Assembly: GCA_965224025.1 (NCBI GenBank)
Contig: CBDCYE010000002.1
Coordinates: 1-18,172, forward strand
Length of the DNA stretch: 18,172 bases
Origin: Candidatus Multivorans sp.
Lineage (GTDB): Bacteria; Acidobacteriota; Thermoanaerobaculia; Multivoradales; Multivoraceae
Direction: 5' to 3'
The notes under the pieces were generated by a model. The model made no database searches. It was not told where the DNA came from and worked only from the letters and a program-made list of their open reading frames with translations. Of this stretch, positions 9,896 through 18,172 are shown piece after piece. Each line of letters starts with the position of its first letter. Within the stretch, counting starts at the first letter, position 1. The translations under genes were made by a program, and so were the position numbers.

Positions 9896-11617
9896 TCAGC
9901 GTGGTCCGACGAACCCCTCCTTTTCCAGGTGCAGGATGACCTGCTGCGCGGCCTCCTCGGCCGTGATGTCCGTCGTGTCGATGACCAGGTCCGCGGCTTC
10001 CGGCACTTCATAGGGATCCGAGATGCCGGTGAAGGCGTCGATCAATCCCGCCCTGGCCTTGGCGTAGAGACCCTTCACGTCGCGTTCCTCGCACACGTCG
10101 AGCGGCGTCGCCACGTGGACCAGAACGAAGCCGCCGACATCCTCGATCACCTCCCGCACGTCCTGGCGGACGCTCTCGTAGGGAGCGATCGGAGCGCAGA
10201 TCGCGACGCCCCCGTTCTTCGTGATCTCGGAGGCGACAAACCCGATGCGGCGGATGTTGATGTCGCGGTGCTCCCGGGAGAACCCGAGTTCGGAGGACAG
10301 TTTGGTACGGACGATGTCGCCGTCGAGCAGCGTCACCGGACGGCCGCCGGCTTCAAGGAACTTGACCAGGAGCACATTGGCGATCGTCGACTTGCCGGCG
10401 CCGGAAAGGCCGGTGAAGAACACCGTGAGACCCTGGTTGCTGCGCGCCGGGTGACTGCGGCGCAACTCGCCGGCCACTTCCGGAAAGGTGAACCACTCCG
10501 GGATCGGAAGGCCCCGGCGCAGCCGGCGGCGGAGGTCGCTGCCCGAGATCGACAGCGTCCGCTCCCCCTCCTTCACGTTGTCAACCGGTTCGTACGACTC
10601 CCGGTCCTCGACGTAGACCATCATCCGGAAGGGGACCATCTTCACGCCGAGCTCGGCCTCGTGCTCGACCATCAGCTCCTGCGCGTCGTACGGGCCGTAG
10701 AAGGGCCGGCCCTTTGAGTCCACGCCCGGGCCCGCGTGGTCGCGGCCGACGATCAGGTGGGTGCAGCCGTAGTTCCTGCGGATCAGCGCATGCCAGAGCG
10801 CCTCGCGCGGTCCCGCCATGCGCATGGCGAGAGGCAGCAGCGCAAGCTCCGCGGTGTGGCGCGGATAGTGGCTCAGGACCTTCCGGTAGCAGCGGACGCG
10901 CGTGTAGTGATCCAGGTCGCCCGGCTTCGTCATGCCCACGACCGGGTGGATCAGGAGGTTCGCTTCCAGCTCCCGGGCCGCTCTCAGAGTCAGCTCGAAG
11001 TGCGCCCGGTGCATGGGGTTGCGGGTCTGGAAAGCGACCGCCGTCTTCCATCCGAGTTGCGCGAAGCGACGCCGCAACTGCTCGGGCGTCTTCCGCAATC
11101 CGGGGAAGTCGTAGTGTCGCGGCAGTTGCACTCCCTCGATCTTGCCCCCCACGGACACGGTGTTCGTCCGCTGGTAGAGATGGGCGACGCCGGGATGAGC
11201 CTGGTCGAGCGTGCCGTAGACGAACTCGGCCTCCTTCTTCCGGTCGTGTTCCCAGACGTCCTCCACCGTGAGCACCGCCAGCATCTGCCCTTCCGGGTCG
11301 CGCAGGACCAGGGGGAAACCCGCCTCCAATCCGCCGGCCGCTTCCGGCGTGATGTCGAGGGTGATCGGAATCGGCCACAGCCCGCCGGAGGGCAGGCGCA
11401 TCGCCTCGCAGACGCTGTCGAACGTGGCCCGGTTCATGAACCCGCCGAGCGGCGCGAATCCGCCGCAGAGGAGCAGCTCCAGATCGCAGGTCTGACGCGG
11501 CGTCAGCGTCCAGGAGGGCCACTCGCGCGATCCCTCCCGCAGTTCGTTCAGGCGTTCCGGGACGGCGATCAGCGGCTGCGGCGAGTCGCTGCGCCGCGCC
11601 ACCTGCGGCTCGGTCAT
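9896..11617 (-). CDS. sat: Bifunctional sulfate adenylyltransferase / adenylyl-sulfate kinase (Sat-CysC fusion)
   Basis: CDLELLL.GGFAPL.GFM, FQTRNPMHRAH, MRMAGPREA.WHA.IRRNYGCTH.IVGRDHAG, then the APS kinase P-loop FTGLSGAGKST, LLDGD and RDVKGLYAKARAG...FTGISDPYE. GGAG lies 6 nt before ATG 11617. Confidence 0.95.
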   Translation of the reverse strand: MTEPQVARRSDSPQPLIAVPERLNELREGSREWPSWTLTPRQTCDLELLLCGGFAPLGGFMNRATFDSVCEAMRLPSGGLWPIPITLDITPEAAGGLEAGFPLVLRDPEGQMLAVLTVEDVWEHDRKKEAEFVYGTLDQAHPGVAHLYQRTNTVSVGGKIEGVQLPRHYDFPGLRKTPEQLRRRFAQLGWKTAVAFQTRNPMHRAHFELTLRAARELEANLLIHPVVGMTKPGDLDHYTRVRCYRKVLSHYPRHTAELALLPLAMRMAGPREALWHALIRRNYGCTHLIVGRDHAGPGVDSKGRPFYGPYDAQELMVEHEAELGVKMVPFRMMVYVEDRESYEPVDNVKEGERTLSISGSDLRRRLRRGLPIPEWFTFPEVAGELRRSHPARSNQGLTVFFTGLSGAGKSTIANVLLVKFLEAGGRPVTLLDGDIVRTKLSSELGFSREHRDINIRRIGFVASEITKNGGVAICAPIAPYESVRQDVREVIEDVGGFVLVHVATPLDVCEERDVKGLYAKARAGLIDAFTGISDPYEVPEAADLVIDTTDITAEEAAQQVILHLEKEGFVGPR

Positions 11618-11672
11618 CATCTGCTCCGTCGATGTGGTCTTAGTGCGGCCCAGCAGCGCCGGCCGGCTGCGC

Positions 11673-11681
11673 AGTTTAGCA
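11673..11681 (-). promoter_or_regulatory. Candidate extended -10 promoter for sat-cysC
   Basis: Minus strand TGC-TAAACT about 55 nt upstream of the start. Confidence 0.5.
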
Positions 11682-11724
11682 GCCAGTTGCGGATGCTCGA
11701 GACACGTGGATCCGCGGCGCGGAC

Positions 11725-13164
11725 TCAGACGCCCGGATGGCGCAGGCGCCAGTCGGTGGCCTGCTCGTAGGCGTGGGCGAGCCGGCAGAGCGTCGGCTCG
11801 CTCAGGGCACTGCCAACGAGTTGCAGGCTGTGGGGCGCGCCCGCCGGCGAGAAGCCGCACGGCACGGAGATGGTCGGCGTGCCGGCGAAGTCGGCGGGCA
11901 CGGTGAAGAGCTGCATGCTGCCCAGTGGCGGATCGAAGCTCTCGGCAACCTCTGCGACTGCCTGCCTGTATGCCGCGATCGTGTCGTATCGCATGGCGTC
12001 CGTCACCGGTAGCGCGGTGACGTTGGACGGGCAGACAAACGCGTCGACGGTGGTCAGCATCGCCTCGAATCGCTCCGTGAACGCCGCACGGCGTTCGGTC
12101 GCCGCCGCGTGCGCGTCGTCGCTCACCTGCGACCCGTGTTCCAGGAACTCTCCGAAGTACGGCCCGTAGTCCGCAGCGCGGCTGGGGTACGTCGCGGCAT
12201 GGGCCCGGACGGCCTCATAGGAGCAGATGGTCCACCAGTCGTTGAACGGCGCCGCCGGCATCTCGACGTCGACCACCTCGGCGCCCAGGCCGGCCAGGAT
12301 CCGCAGTGCCTCGAGGGCGGCGGCGGCGACCGCGGGGTCGACGCCTTCCGCGGCGTACCGCCTATCGAACCCAAGCCGCATCCCGGCGACGTCGCCATCG
12401 AGCGTCGGCAGAATGGGGGGCGCCGGTGCCTCGAGCGTCGTCGGGTCGTTCGCATCGACGCCGGCGATCGCCTCGAGCATGATCGCGGCATCGGCGACGC
12501 TCCGCGTCATCGGACCGATGTGGTCGAGCGAGCCCGCGAGTTCGAGCACCCCGTAGCGGCTGACCCGGCCCCAGGTTGGTTTGAGACCGACGAGGCCGCA
12601 CTGGGCCGATGGAAACCGGATCGATCCGCCGGTGTCCGAGCCGAGAGAGCCAAAACAGAGGCCGGCCGCCGTGGCCACGCCTGAGCCGCTCGACGAAACG
12701 CCCGTCCACAGGCCCTCGTCCCAGGGGTTGACCGGGATGTCGAAGTCCGGGTGGTAGGCGCCCATCGCGCCTTCGGTCAGGTTCAGCTTGCCGAGGAGAA
12801 CGGCGCCGGCGCCTGCCAGCCTCGCGACCACGGTGGCGTCGTACTCGGGGACGAAGTCGGACAGGACCGAGAGCGCACCCATGGTGCGCACGCCCCGCGT
12901 GTAGCAGAGGTCCTTGACGGCGATCGGGACGCCGTGCAGCGGCCCGCGGTAGCGCCCGCCCTCAATCTCCGACTCGGCCGCACGCGCCGCGGCCAGCGCG
13001 TCGTCGGCCATGACGGTCGCGTAGCTCTTGAGCCGTCCGTCGACCGCGGCGATCCGATCGAGCATCGTCTCGGTCAGGGTGACCGGCGAAAGCTCGCCGG
13101 CTTCGATCAGGCGTGCGACATCGCGCAGGCTCATGTAGTGGATCGGCTCGTCGTGCATCGGCAT
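11725..13164 (-). CDS. Amidase signature family protein (Ser-cisSer-Lys)
   Basis: GPLHGVPIAVKD, LGKLNLTE, TGVSSSGSG and LGSDTGGSIRFPS..CGLVGLKPTWGRVS. Start ATG 13164 or 13158. No gatC/gatB nearby, so not called gatA. Confidence 0.92.
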   Translation of the reverse strand: MPMHDEPIHYMSLRDVARLIEAGELSPVTLTETMLDRIAAVDGRLKSYATVMADDALAAARAAESEIEGGRYRGPLHGVPIAVKDLCYTRGVRTMGALSVLSDFVPEYDATVVARLAGAGAVLLGKLNLTEGAMGAYHPDFDIPVNPWDEGLWTGVSSSGSGVATAAGLCFGSLGSDTGGSIRFPSAQCGLVGLKPTWGRVSRYGVLELAGSLDHIGPMTRSVADAAIMLEAIAGVDANDPTTLEAPAPPILPTLDGDVAGMRLGFDRRYAAEGVDPAVAAAALEALRILAGLGAEVVDVEMPAAPFNDWWTICSYEAVRAHAATYPSRAADYGPYFGEFLEHGSQVSDDAHAAATERRAAFTERFEAMLTTVDAFVCPSNVTALPVTDAMRYDTIAAYRQAVAEVAESFDPPLGSMQLFTVPADFAGTPTISVPCGFSPAGAPHSLQLVGSALSEPTLCRLAHAYEQATDWRLRHPGV

Positions 13165-13334
13165 CGGGCCGGGCGCAGGTGGTCGACACGAACAGCCCGT
13201 TCCCGCAGAGCATTCTGTCGCACGAGGATTCTGCCGGGGTACTCTTGCCACCGCATACGGCTCGGCTCCCTGCCTCGAGGCAAATCGCGGAGTGGCCTCG
13301 TTGGGCGCGTAGCCATCGGCCCTGGGGAGGAATC

Positions 13335-14885
13335 ATGGTCTGGGAGCGCGAGATAGAGGAGCTGAAGCGGCGCCGCGAGTTCGCCCGTCAGATGGGCGGC
13401 GAGGCCGGCATCGCGGAGCAGCACCGTCGCGGCAAGCTGACGATCCGGGAGCGTCTCGAGCTGTTCACCGACGAGGGCTCGTTCCAGGAGATCGGTGAGC
13501 TTGCCGGAGTGGCCACCTACGACGGCAACGAACTCCAGGATGTCCGACCCTCGAACAGGGTCATCGGGCTCGCCCGCCTGGACGGCCGCCGCGCGGTTCT
13601 GAACGGCGGCGACTTCACCGTGCGCGGCGGCGCCTCCGACGCGTCGATCGGCGACAAGGGCGGTCACGCCCAGAAGATGGCGCTCGGCTGGCGTCTGCCG
13701 TACGTGCGGCTCCTCGACTCCACCGGCGGCAGCGTGAAGACCTTCGAGAAGATCGGACGCACCTACATCCCGCAGAACCCCGCTACGCCGGGCATCGAGG
13801 ACCTGCTCTGCGCCGTCCCGGTCGTCGCCGCCGTGCTCGGCTCGGTGGCCGGGCTGCCGGCGGTCGAGTCGTGCCTCGCCCACTTCAACGTCATGGTCAA
13901 GGGCACGAGCCAGGTGTTCGCGGGTGGGCCTCCGGTCGTCAAGGCCGCACTCGGCATCGACATCACGAAGGAAGATCTCGGCGACGAGCGCACTCAGGTC
14001 TACGGGAGCGGTGTCATCGACAATCTCGCCGACTCCGAGGAGGAGGCCGCAGCACAGCTCAAGCGGTTCCTGAGCTATCTGCCGGACAGCGTCTGGCAGA
14101 TGCCGCCGCGCGTCGACACCCACGACGACCCGGGGCGCCGTGAGCCGTCGCTCCTGTCCGCCATCCCGCGCGAGAAGAACAAGGCCTACGATCCGAGAGA
14201 GATCCTGGACGCGGTTCTCGACCGCAACTCGTTCTTCGAGATCACGCCGTTCTACGGACGCTCTCGAATCGTCGGACTCGCCCGAGTCAATGGCTATCCC
14301 GTCGGCACGATGATCAACAACCCGGCCCATCTCGGCGGCTCGATGAACGTCGCCGCCGGCACCAAGGTGATTCGCTTCCTGCAACTGTGCGACACCTTCC
14401 ATCTACCGATGGTCTATTTCGGCGACGAGCCCGGATTCATGGTCGGCCCCGAGCAACAGCGCCAGGGGATCGTCCGCGCCGGCGCGAAGATGCTGTGCGC
14501 GACGCTTAGAACCCGCATGCCGTGGCTCACCATCATCATCCGGCAGCTCTACGGCGTCGCCGGCCAGTGCCACGATCGCCCGAGCGGAATGTTCAAGCGA
14601 GTGGCGTGGCCGTCCGGCCACTGGGGGTCCATGCACATCTCCGGCGGCGTGACCGCCGCCTATCGGCGCATCATCCGGGAGTCCGATGACCCCGCGGCCA
14701 AGCAGAAGGAGATCGAGGACCGCCTCGAGGCCCTGGCGTCGCCGTTTCGCACCGCCGAGGCGTTCAACATCGAAGAGATCATCGATCCTCGCGAAACCCG
14801 ACCGATGGTCTGCGAGTTCGTCGACGCCGCCCAGGCGGTTCTCGAAACCCAACTCGGACCCGGTCCGACGCCGTATATGCCGTAG
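13335..14885 (+). CDS. Acyl-CoA carboxylase carboxyltransferase (PccB/MccB-like beta subunit)
   Basis: GGAGG (13326-13330) before ATG 13335. MGG...QH.RGKLTIRER, DFTVRGG, LDSTGG, FAGGPPVVKAA, GLARVNG.PVG, CDTFHLP...DEPGFMVG and IIDPRETR. Confidence 0.9.
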   Translation: MVWEREIEELKRRREFARQMGGEAGIAEQHRRGKLTIRERLELFTDEGSFQEIGELAGVATYDGNELQDVRPSNRVIGLARLDGRRAVLNGGDFTVRGGASDASIGDKGGHAQKMALGWRLPYVRLLDSTGGSVKTFEKIGRTYIPQNPATPGIEDLLCAVPVVAAVLGSVAGLPAVESCLAHFNVMVKGTSQVFAGGPPVVKAALGIDITKEDLGDERTQVYGSGVIDNLADSEEEAAAQLKRFLSYLPDSVWQMPPRVDTHDDPGRREPSLLSAIPREKNKAYDPREILDAVLDRNSFFEITPFYGRSRIVGLARVNGYPVGTMINNPAHLGGSMNVAAGTKVIRFLQLCDTFHLPMVYFGDEPGFMVGPEQQRQGIVRAGAKMLCATLRTRMPWLTIIIRQLYGVAGQCHDRPSGMFKRVAWPSGHWGSMHISGGVTAAYRRIIRESDDPAAKQKEIEDRLEALASPFRTAEAFNIEEIIDPRETRPMVCEFVDAAQAVLETQLGPGPTPYMP

Positions 14886-14960
14886 GGTGTATCGTCCCAT
14901 CCGCCGCAGGCAGTGCCCGCCAGAGGTGCTGCATTCTCAAGATCCGGAACGGAGGCCATC

Positions 14961-15731
14961 GTGCCGATCGTCGATCATTCCATGGACGGCAAGGTGGCGC
15001 TGATCACCGGGGGCTCCAAGGGCATCGGTCGTGCCATCGCCCTGGCGTTTGCCGAGAACGGCGCCGATATTGCGATTGCCGCTCGAGGTCTCGAGGCACT
15101 CGAGGCTACCGGCGGCGAGCTGCGGAAGCTTGGCCGCCACGTCCTGGCGATTCCGGCCGACGTCGGCAGGACCGAAGCAGTCGACGACCTCTACGAGCAG
15201 GTGGTCGCCGAACTCGGTGGCATCGACATCCTGGTCAACAACGCAGCCAGCGGCGGCGGCGGCCCGATCTCCAAGCTGGAGGAGGCCGACTTCCAGCGGG
15301 TCATGGCAATCAACCTGTGGGGACCGATCAGACTGTCGCAGTTGTGCCGGACCACGATGCAAGAGCGCGGCGGCGGCATGATCATCAACATCGCGTCGAA
15401 CGAGGGCATCCGGGCGTCGCCGGGACTGGGCATCTACCCGCCGTCCAAGGCGGCGTTGATCAATTTCACGCAGATGATCGGCAAGGAGTGGGCGAAGGAC
15501 AGCATCCGCACGGTTGCCATCGCTCCCGGTCTGTGCCGGACTGAACTGGCTGCGGGCCTGATCGAGATGGTCGAGAAGAACAACATCGCCATCAACCCGA
15601 TGGGCCGCATCGGAGAGCCGGAGGATATCGCGGCCCTGGTGCTGACCCTGGCGACTCAGGCAGGAAGGTTCGCGACCGCGACCACCTACGTTCTGGACGG
15701 CGGTGAGCTGAGTGCAGGACCGCTCGGCTGA
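14961..15731 (+). CDS. Classical short-chain dehydrogenase/reductase
   Basis: GGAGG (14951-14955) before GTG 14961. [27 protein letters not shown] (YxxxK), APG and [11 protein letters not shown]...LDGG. Confidence 0.92.
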   Translation: MPIVDHSMDGKVALITGGSKGIGRAIALAFAENGADIAIAARGLEALEATGGELRKLGRHVLAIPADVGRTEAVDDLYEQVVAELGGIDILVNNAASGGGGPISKLEEADFQRVMAINLWGPIRLSQLCRTTMQERGGGMIINIASNEGIRASPGLGIYPPSKAALINFTQMIGKEWAKDSIRTVAIAPGLCRTELAAGLIEMVEKNNIAINPMGRIGEPEDIAALVLTLATQAGRFATATTYVLDGGELSAGPLG

Positions 15732-16780
15732 CCGCCACCGACCGCTTTGAGATCGGCATCGACCATCGTCTCGACGAGCTGACGGAAGGTGACTCGGGGA
15801 CGCCATCCCAGGCGCTCCCGGGCCAGGCTCGCATCGCCGCACAGCGAGTCGACTTCGGCCTTGCGGAAGTACCGGGGGTCGACCGCGACCAGCACCCGGC
15901 CGCCCTTGGCCACACCCTGCTCACAGGCGCCCGCACCGCGCCAGGTCAGCGGCAGCCCGGCATGGGCGAAGGCGATCTCGCAGAACTCGCGCACGCTGTG
16001 GGTATCGCCGGTGGCGATCACGTAGTCGTCGGGCTGCTCCGCGCGCAGCATCAACCGCATCGCCTCCACGTAGTCGCCGGCAAAGCCCCAGTCGCGCCGC
16101 GCGGACAGATTGCCGAGGTGCAGACGGTCCTGCAGGCCCGCCCGGATGCGGGCTGTGGCCAGGGAGATCTTGCGGGTGACGAAGGTCTCGCCCCGGCGAG
16201 GCGACTCGTGGTTGAACAGGATCCCGTTCACCGCGAACAGGCCGTGGGCCTCGCGGTAGTTGCGGGTGATGTGGAAGCCGTAGGCCTTCGCCGCGGCGTA
16301 CGGACTGCGCGGATAGAACCGGGTCGTCTCGTTCTGGGGCGACTCCGCCGTGCGCCCGTAGAGCTCGGACGAGGAGGCCTGGTAGAAGCGCGCCCGCGGG
16401 CAGTGCCGGCGCACCGCCTCCAGCAGCCGCAGCACCCCCAGGCCGGTGACCTGGCCGGTCGCCGCCGGCAGTTCGAAGGAGACCTGGACGTGGGACTGCG
16501 CGCCGAGGTTGTAGATCTCGTCGGGCGCCACCGTCGCCACCGCGCGGTCGAGCGACGACGCATCGGTGAGGTCGCCGGCGATCAGGCGGAGTCGGGGCCC
16601 CGAATCGCCGTCCCTCTCGAGCAGGTGGTCGATCCAGCGCGTGTTACCCGACTGGGCCACCGGACGCACGAGACCCCAGACGTCCCAATCGTCGTCGAGC
16701 AACTGCTCGGCAAGGTAGGAACCGTCCTGGCCGGTCACGCCCGTGACCAGCGCCCGCGGCCTGGGGCTGCCGGCGCTCAC
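15686..16780 (-). CDS. gmd: GDP-mannose 4,6-dehydratase
   Basis: [71 protein letters not shown] and [13 protein letters not shown] start overlaps the ribBA stop (GTGA). Confidence 0.96.
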   Translation of the reverse strand: MSAGSPRPRALVTGVTGQDGSYLAEQLLDDDWDVWGLVRPVAQSGNTRWIDHLLERDGDSGPRLRLIAGDLTDASSLDRAVATVAPDEIYNLGAQSHVQVSFELPAATGQVTGLGVLRLLEAVRRHCPRARFYQASSSELYGRTAESPQNETTRFYPRSPYAAAKAYGFHITRNYREAHGLFAVNGILFNHESPRRGETFVTRKISLATARIRAGLQDRLHLGNLSARRDWGFAGDYVEAMRLMLRAEQPDDYVIATGDTHSVREFCEIAFAHAGLPLTWRGAGACEQGVAKGGRVLVAVDPRYFRKAEVDSLCGDASLARERLGWRPRVTFRQLVETMVDADLKAVGGGQPSGPALSSPPSRT

Positions 16781-18009
16781 ACCAACTGCAGCAGGTGGCC
16801 CATCTTCTCGCGCTTGGCCCGGAGGTACTCGCGATTCGACTCGTTCGGCTCCACCTCGATCGCCACTCGATCCACGATCTCCAGGCCGTAGCCGGAGAGG
16901 GCGATGTACTTGCTCGGGTTGTTCGTCATCAGCCGCATGCGCCGGACACCGAGATCACGCAGGATCTGGGCGCCGATGCCGTACTCGCGCTGGTCGGCGC
17001 GGAAGCCCAGCTTGTGATTGGCCTCCACCGTGTCGTGCCCCTGGTCCTGCAGCTCGTAGGCGCGCAGCTTGTTGAACAGACCGATCCCGCGACCCTCCTG
17101 GAGCAGGTAGAGCAGGACGCCCATCCCCTCTTCGGCGATGTTCGCGAGCGCCTGGTAGAGCTGGATGCCGCAGTCGCAACGCTGGGAATGGAAGACGTCT
17201 CCAGTCAGGCATTGGCTGTGGACCCGCACCAGGATGTCCTGCTCCGGCGTCGGCTCACCCATCACCAGGGCGACGTGCTCCTCGCCCGTGAGTTCAGCCC
17301 GGTACGCGTACGCCTTCATGTCGCCATACGGAGTCGGCAGCGTCGGCGAGGCAATGCGCTCGACCAGGCTCTCGTTGCTCAGACGGTAGCGGATGAGATC
17401 CGAGACCGTGATCATCGGCAGCTTGTGGCGCTTGCTGTACTCGACCAGGTCGGGCACGCGCGCCATGGTGCCGTCTTCGTTCATGATCTCGCAGATCACG
17501 CCGGCCGGCCTTAGCTCCGCCAGCGTCGCCAGGTCAACCGACGCCTCGGTCTGACCGGCCCGCTTGAGGACGCCGCCGCGCTTGGCCCGCAGCGGGAAGA
17601 CGTGACCCGGCCGCAGCAGATCCTGCGGGCCGGTGGCCGGATCGATCGCGGTCTCGATCGTCGCCGCGCGGTCGGCCGCCGAGATCCCCGTCGTCACCTT
17701 GCCCCGGGCTTCGATCGAGACGGTGAACGCGGTCTCGAAGGGCGACGTGTTGTCGCGCACCATCAGCGGCAGGTCGAGTTCGTCGCAGCGGTCCTCGGTC
17801 ATCGCGAGACAGATCAGGCCACGGCCGTGGGTGGCCATGAAGTTGATCGCGTCGGGCGTCACCTTCTCGGCGGCGATCGCGAGATCGCCCTCGTTCTCCC
17901 GGTCCTCGTCGTCGACGATGATCACCTGGCCGCCGTCGCGGAAGACGGCCACCGCCTCTTCGATCGGCGTGAAGACGGTCTCTTCCCGGTCCCTGTCTCG
18001 TTCCGACAT
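16777..18009 (-). CDS. ribBA: Bifunctional 3,4-dihydroxy-2-butanone-4-phosphate synthase / GTP cyclohydrolase II
   Basis: [27 protein letters not shown] and [12 protein letters not shown], then [27 protein letters not shown] and TNNPSK. Start taken as ATG 18009. Confidence 0.96.
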   Translation of the reverse strand: MSERDRDREETVFTPIEEAVAVFRDGGQVIIVDDEDRENEGDLAIAAEKVTPDAINFMATHGRGLICLAMTEDRCDELDLPLMVRDNTSPFETAFTVSIEARGKVTTGISAADRAATIETAIDPATGPQDLLRPGHVFPLRAKRGGVLKRAGQTEASVDLATLAELRPAGVICEIMNEDGTMARVPDLVEYSKRHKLPMITVSDLIRYRLSNESLVERIASPTLPTPYGDMKAYAYRAELTGEEHVALVMGEPTPEQDILVRVHSQCLTGDVFHSQRCDCGIQLYQALANIAEEGMGVLLYLLQEGRGIGLFNKLRAYELQDQGHDTVEANHKLGFRADQREYGIGAQILRDLGVRRMRLMTNNPSKYIALSGYGLEIVDRVAIEVEPNESNREYLRAKREKMGHLLQLV

Positions 18010-18016
18010 AGGGGCA

Positions 18017-18025
18017 ATCGTAGCA
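18017..18025 (-). promoter_or_regulatory. Extended -10 element of a probable leaderless ribBA transcript
   Basis: Minus strand TGC-TACGAT, 7 nt (TGCCCCT), then ATG 18009. No SD. Confidence 0.6.
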
Positions 18026-18029
18026 GTGC

Positions 18030-18172
18030 CTACTCGCCCCAACCCAGCTTGCTGCGCAGGGCGTCATAGTGGGTCTGGCCGTCGACCCGCGCCAGCAGCG
18101 CCCTCGACTCCGAGGCGGTCACGACCACCCGGTCGCCGCCCCCCAGCCGCGCCCCCTCCTGGCCGTCCAGGG
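18030..18172 (-). CDS. nadK: NAD kinase, C-terminal end (partial; not in the ORF track)
   Basis: Minus strand reads [46 protein letters not shown] (TAG 18030-18032). DGQ...GD.V and LR.KL.WG are the typical NadK ending. Confidence 0.8.
   Translation of the reverse strand, partial: LDGQEGARLGGGDRVVVTASESRALLARVDGQTHYDALRSKLGWGE

Noticed and set aside
11725-13164. Amidase as gatA
   Set aside because: No gatC/gatB neighbours, and it lacks the GatA-type DEFAMGSS motif (it has LTEGAMGAY).

Overview
GC-rich bacterial chromosomal window of mostly housekeeping and metabolic genes. In order: 3' end of a LuxE-like acyl-protein synthetase and a LuxC-like acyl-CoA reductase (+), with no luciferase in the window; MauE/DoxX-type membrane protein (-); ABC-F ATPase (+); Phd/YefM-VapC toxin-antitoxin (TA) pair (-); B12-dependent methionine synthase metH (-); VanZ-like protein (-); fused sat-cysC (-); amidase (-); acyl-CoA carboxyltransferase (+); SDR (+); gmd (-); ribBA (-); 3' end of an NAD kinase (-). 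Several genes carry single-base frameshifts (luxE-like, DoxX-like, metH), and metH has a noisy ~330-bp tandem duplication. These most likely reflect low-coverage long-read errors. Four signals look genuine. (i) An 81-bp diverged copy of an internal ABC-F segment, differing largely at synonymous sites, lies on the far side of the TA pair. (ii) An antitoxin-like C-terminal tail is fused in frame to the LuxC-like protein and followed by a CTAG-bounded inverted repeat. With (i), this suggests integrase-free turnover of small TA cassettes at convergent gene ends. (iii) The metH leader has four copies of an 8-mer that could form mutually exclusive hairpins over the RBS and start codon. (iv) Extended -10 promoters recur, two of them apparently leaderless. 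All family assignments come from motif recognition by eye; no searches were run.
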